From an uncultured virus (IMG/VR IMGVR_UViG_3300033064_004648) (lineage: Duplodnaviria > Heunggongvirae > Uroviricota > Caudoviricetes): 60,829 nt of DNA. The stretch's first letter is position 1; each line of letters starts with the position of its first letter. The position numbers were made by a program, and so were the translations under genes. The notes beneath the pieces were generated by a model that was not told the origin of the DNA, made no database searches, and saw nothing but the letters and a program-made list of their open reading frames with translations. Positions 58,003 to 60,829 of this stretch are shown here, one piece after another. The DNA lies in the IMG/VR virus record IMGVR_UViG_3300033064_004648, positions 62,001 through 122,829 of that record. The stretch is one strand, 5' to 3'.

Positions 58003-59439
58003 CTACGGTTTAATCAACACCCAATAGGTTTTTCCTCTAAATGGTTTTTTCCCATCTTGGATGCTGGTCAATCTAAAAGGTAAATTGTCTTCTTCTAATA
58101 TAGAGTTAATACAATTGATTCCTCTGTGTCTAACATCGATATTTCTATGTAGATTGAATATGTTTGCAAAGAAGACATTTTTAAATTCCCTTTGTTCTTC
58201 CTTATATAGTCTTTTCCCCATATAAGATTCTAAAATATCTGATAAGTTTTTCTTTTCAAATACATCTTCTGCTTGCAAAAAATCATTTATTTCAAATAAT
58301 TCTATGATATGAGACTTATACCCTTCACTATTCTCCATCATTTTAGAAAATATGTTTTCAAGATATTTTGCATAATACATTTTTGCCCAATTGATTTTCC
58401 CGTCGTTCATAATAATACTGTCTATTTGTTTTCGCGCATACTTTTCTTGAAATGATTCTTTTCCTAATTCTTGAAATTCTTCAACCAGTTTTAGTTTTTC
58501 TCTAACGTTTTTAAGGCGAGGATAGATATTTCTTCCGTTTTGATTCTTTATATATAAAGTTATTTGTTCATTATCAATAATTCTCTTTCTGCCTAAGCAT
58601 TGAATAACGTCTATGGGATCTATCATATCTATAATAATATGTTTCAATTCAGGCATTATGATGTTAACCCCATTATCTAATACTTTTGTGGAAAAAAGTA
58701 TTCTACTGGAAAACTTGTTTTCAGAAACTATCTCTTTTATCGTTGCTTGAGAAGATCTGCGCCTGAAAGCATTGTTGCTGTTTGAACATATGAATTGTGA
58801 ATCAAGTCTCTCCATAGAAAATTCAAATCCGTCTAAGGCATTACCAAAATACAATATTTTCTCATCTAAAGGTATATTATCAATTATATTATTGATTATT
58901 TCATTTTTATTATAAAAATAAAGTTCTTTTATAAATGAATAATCTGGCTTCAAAATATAGGAGTGTTCAAATATTTTATTATATTTCAGAACTGCTTGTG
59001 GAGTTGCTGTAAGGAAGATGCTTATTTTATCTTTTAAAGGAAATTTAACACTATCTAATAAAATATCGGTATTCCTATTGAAGGAACTATCTGACATCAG
59101 GTAATGTACTTCATCAAAACAAATATAATCATAGTTCGAAAAAAGATTCTTTATCTTATTCCCCATCAATACATTGGATTCTAACCCTTGATAATTCTTT
59201 AGAGTGATAATATCTATTTTACTGTCTGATAATTCTGCTAGGTTTTGATTTTTTAATAGATTTCTATTACTCAGTAATAGAATTTTCTTATCTCTCTTTT
59301 GACAATAATCATACAGTACGTCTTTAATGAACTGACTTTTTCCTGTACCTGTCTGACTATGGATGAGTATCCTGTCACCGTTTTCCCACAAAGCTATTTC
59401 TTTTTGATCTATAACGTCTGATATAAATTGTTTTGACAT
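58003..59439 (-). CDS. superfamily 2 helicase (DExH), possible origin-binding protein
   Basis: SQTGTGKS, FDEVH, LTATP, STKVLDNGVNI, IQCLGRKR. Confidence 0.88.
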   Translation of the reverse strand: MSKQFISDVIDQKEIALWENGDRILIHSQTGTGKSQFIKDVLYDYCQKRDKKILLLSNRNLLKNQNLAELSDSKIDIITLKNYQGLESNVLMGNKIKNLFSNYDYICFDEVHYLMSDSSFNRNTDILLDSVKFPLKDKISIFLTATPQAVLKYNKIFEHSYILKPDYSFIKELYFYNKNEIINNIIDNIPLDEKILYFGNALDGFEFSMERLDSQFICSNSNNAFRRRSSQATIKEIVSENKFSSRILFSTKVLDNGVNIIMPELKHIIIDMIDPIDVIQCLGRKRIIDNEQITLYIKNQNGRNIYPRLKNVREKLKLVEEFQELGKESFQEKYARKQIDSIIMNDGKINWAKMYYAKYLENIFSKMMENSEGYKSHIIELFEINDFLQAEDVFEKKNLSDILESYMGKRLYKEEQREFKNVFFANIFNLHRNIDVRHRGINCINSILEEDNLPFRLTSIQDGKKPFRGKTYWVLIKP

Positions 59440-59451
59440 AAGTTTTATATA

Positions 59452-59480
59452 ATTATATCACATAACTGTCTTTAAGTCAA
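59452..59480 (-). promoter_or_regulatory. sigma70-type promoter for the helicase, near-leaderless mRNA
   Basis: TTGACT-N17-TATAAT ending 12 nt before the ATG; no SD sequence. Confidence 0.75.
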
Positions 59481-59640
59481 TAGGCTTTACCATAGGAATG
59501 TGCTTTTAAATCGGTAGCCGTGTGTATGTAATACATATATAATGTAAATTGCTTAAAAAATCACAATCTCTTCTTATATACTCGTTGTGGAAAAATATGC
59601 ATTTTTAAGTTCTTTTGATCTCTCCCTATAATGGTTTGAA

Positions 59641-59921
59641 GCTTTACCTTTGACTGTTTTAAACAATTACAATAACTAACGTTTAAAAAGGTAAAGGAAA
59701 ACACTATCTTTTCTGGAAACGGTCGAGATGAATTTTTTAAAAAAAATTTTTAAATTTTTAAATGTTTTCACTTTTACATTTTTAAACATTATATTATTCT
59801 ATATTTAAAGCGTTCAAAGTAAAAGCATTTTATTCTCTCCATAATGGCTTCTATATTGATGCTTTATTTTTTATTGTTAAACCTTTTAATATTGAAATTG
59901 TTTAAAACAATAAAGGTAAAA
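59641..59921. repeat. cluster of ~60-bp repeats (59641-59704 +, 59763-59826 -, partial 59896-59920 -)
   Basis: Shared TTTAC.TTT..TGTTT.AAACA / TTTAAAC cores in inverted arrangement. Confidence 0.6.
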
Positions 59922-60660
59922 CTGTAATAGCCTATAAACTATATCATTTGTAATGTTACTTGCCTTATAATCATATAATTTATTTTTTAAATATATTATT
60001 ATTCAACACTATATTTATGTCTTAAAAGTAGTGTCTAATCCTATCAATCATATTGTTAAAAGCATTAATTTATTGTATTACACATTAATTTTATAATAAT
60101 AATAAAACATATAATACCTCTTTTAAAGTATGATTCGTAAGATAATAAGGCATTTATTGTGTTATTGATGAAATAATATGGTTCTAAAACATTATGAATG
60201 ATATATGTAGCATACAATTATATAGGGGAAAAATTTATAGTTTAATGATTTTTTTTAATAATTTTAATAAAGTGTGTTTATATAATGGCTAAGCACGTTT
60301 TTCTCTGTCCCTGATTATTCGAGTATGTAAAATGGGGGGATTGGTGCGTCAATCTCTGGGTTTATTATTATATATAGTTAGACAATCACGTTAAAAATGT
60401 TAAAAAATTTATGTATGAGTTATTAATAGATATGCTTAAAATCTTGTTTTTTTTGGTGGTTTCTCTCTCTTATAACATGCGGTTTTTTGTATCTCGATTA
60501 TTATTAATATTTATCATTATATATTATTATTATTTTTATTAATCAATAATTATTATTAATAATTGTTCAGTCAATCATTTATTTATTTTATTATTACCAG
60601 TCAATGACTGTTTATCTTTTAGAATCTTACGGCTGACTATAAAAATATATATGTGAGTGA

Positions 60661-60829
60661 AGGAACCTTCCAGCAGGCAAGCTTGAGAAGGAACCTTCCG
60701 GCAGGATAGCTTGAGAAGGAACCTTCCGGCAGGCAAGCTTGAGAAGGAACCTTCCAGCAGGCAAGCTTGAGAAGGAACCTTCCGGCAGGCAAGCTTGAGA
60801 AGGAACCTTCCAGCAGGCAAGCTTGAGAA
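60661..60829 (+). repeat. 28-bp tandem repeat, at least 6 units, running off the window end
   Basis: Unit AGGAACCTTCCRGCAGGCAAGCTTGAGA, with no spacers. Confidence 0.95.

Noticed and set aside
60575..60820. 81-aa ORF over the tandem repeat
   Set aside because: Product of the 28-bp repeat; no RBS and no protein-like features.
60661..60829. CRISPR array
   Set aside because: Units are directly adjacent with no unique spacers, and there are no cas genes in the window.
1..60829. Stop-codon reassignment; the many short antisense and overlapping ORFs in the track
   Set aside because: Long genes are intact under the standard code with high coding density; the shadow ORFs lie opposite or within well-supported genes and lack RBSs or motifs.

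Overview
This window is about 61 kb of an AT-rich, large siphovirus genome organised like the Bacillus SPbeta group. The + strand arm (1-7790) carries nucleotide-metabolism genes: a 5'(3')-nucleotidase, a dNMP kinase, a class II ribonucleotide reductase with an intein, and a MazG-like pyrophosphatase. It converges at a terminator with a long - strand arm. Read in its transcription direction, that arm encodes an SF2 helicase, a YonO-like single-subunit RNA polymerase, HU, a cold-shock protein, tRNA-Thr, terminase, portal, prohead protease/scaffold, capsid, head-tail and tail genes, RuvC, a tyrosine recombinase, tape measure, Dit/Tal/fibres and a GH25 endolysin. The window ends in an AT-rich non-coding region and a 28-bp tandem repeat. 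It holds 11 free-standing endonuclease genes plus one intein endonuclease. The most notable signal is a conserved, covarying RNA structure (three-way junction plus pseudoknot, next to the ribosome-binding site) directly upstream of six of these nucleases, which belong to three unrelated folds (GIY-YIG, HNH, PD-(D/E)xK). Other signals: a dif/lox-like 13-6-13 palindrome repeated at gene 3' ends, a ~60-bp repeat family around the helicase, a helicase C-terminal domain duplicated onto an EndoVII nuclease, pervasive [STA]-G-S / S-A-S motifs in virion proteins, and hints of a Chloroflexota host. All protein calls come from motif recognition and synteny by eye; no database searches were run.
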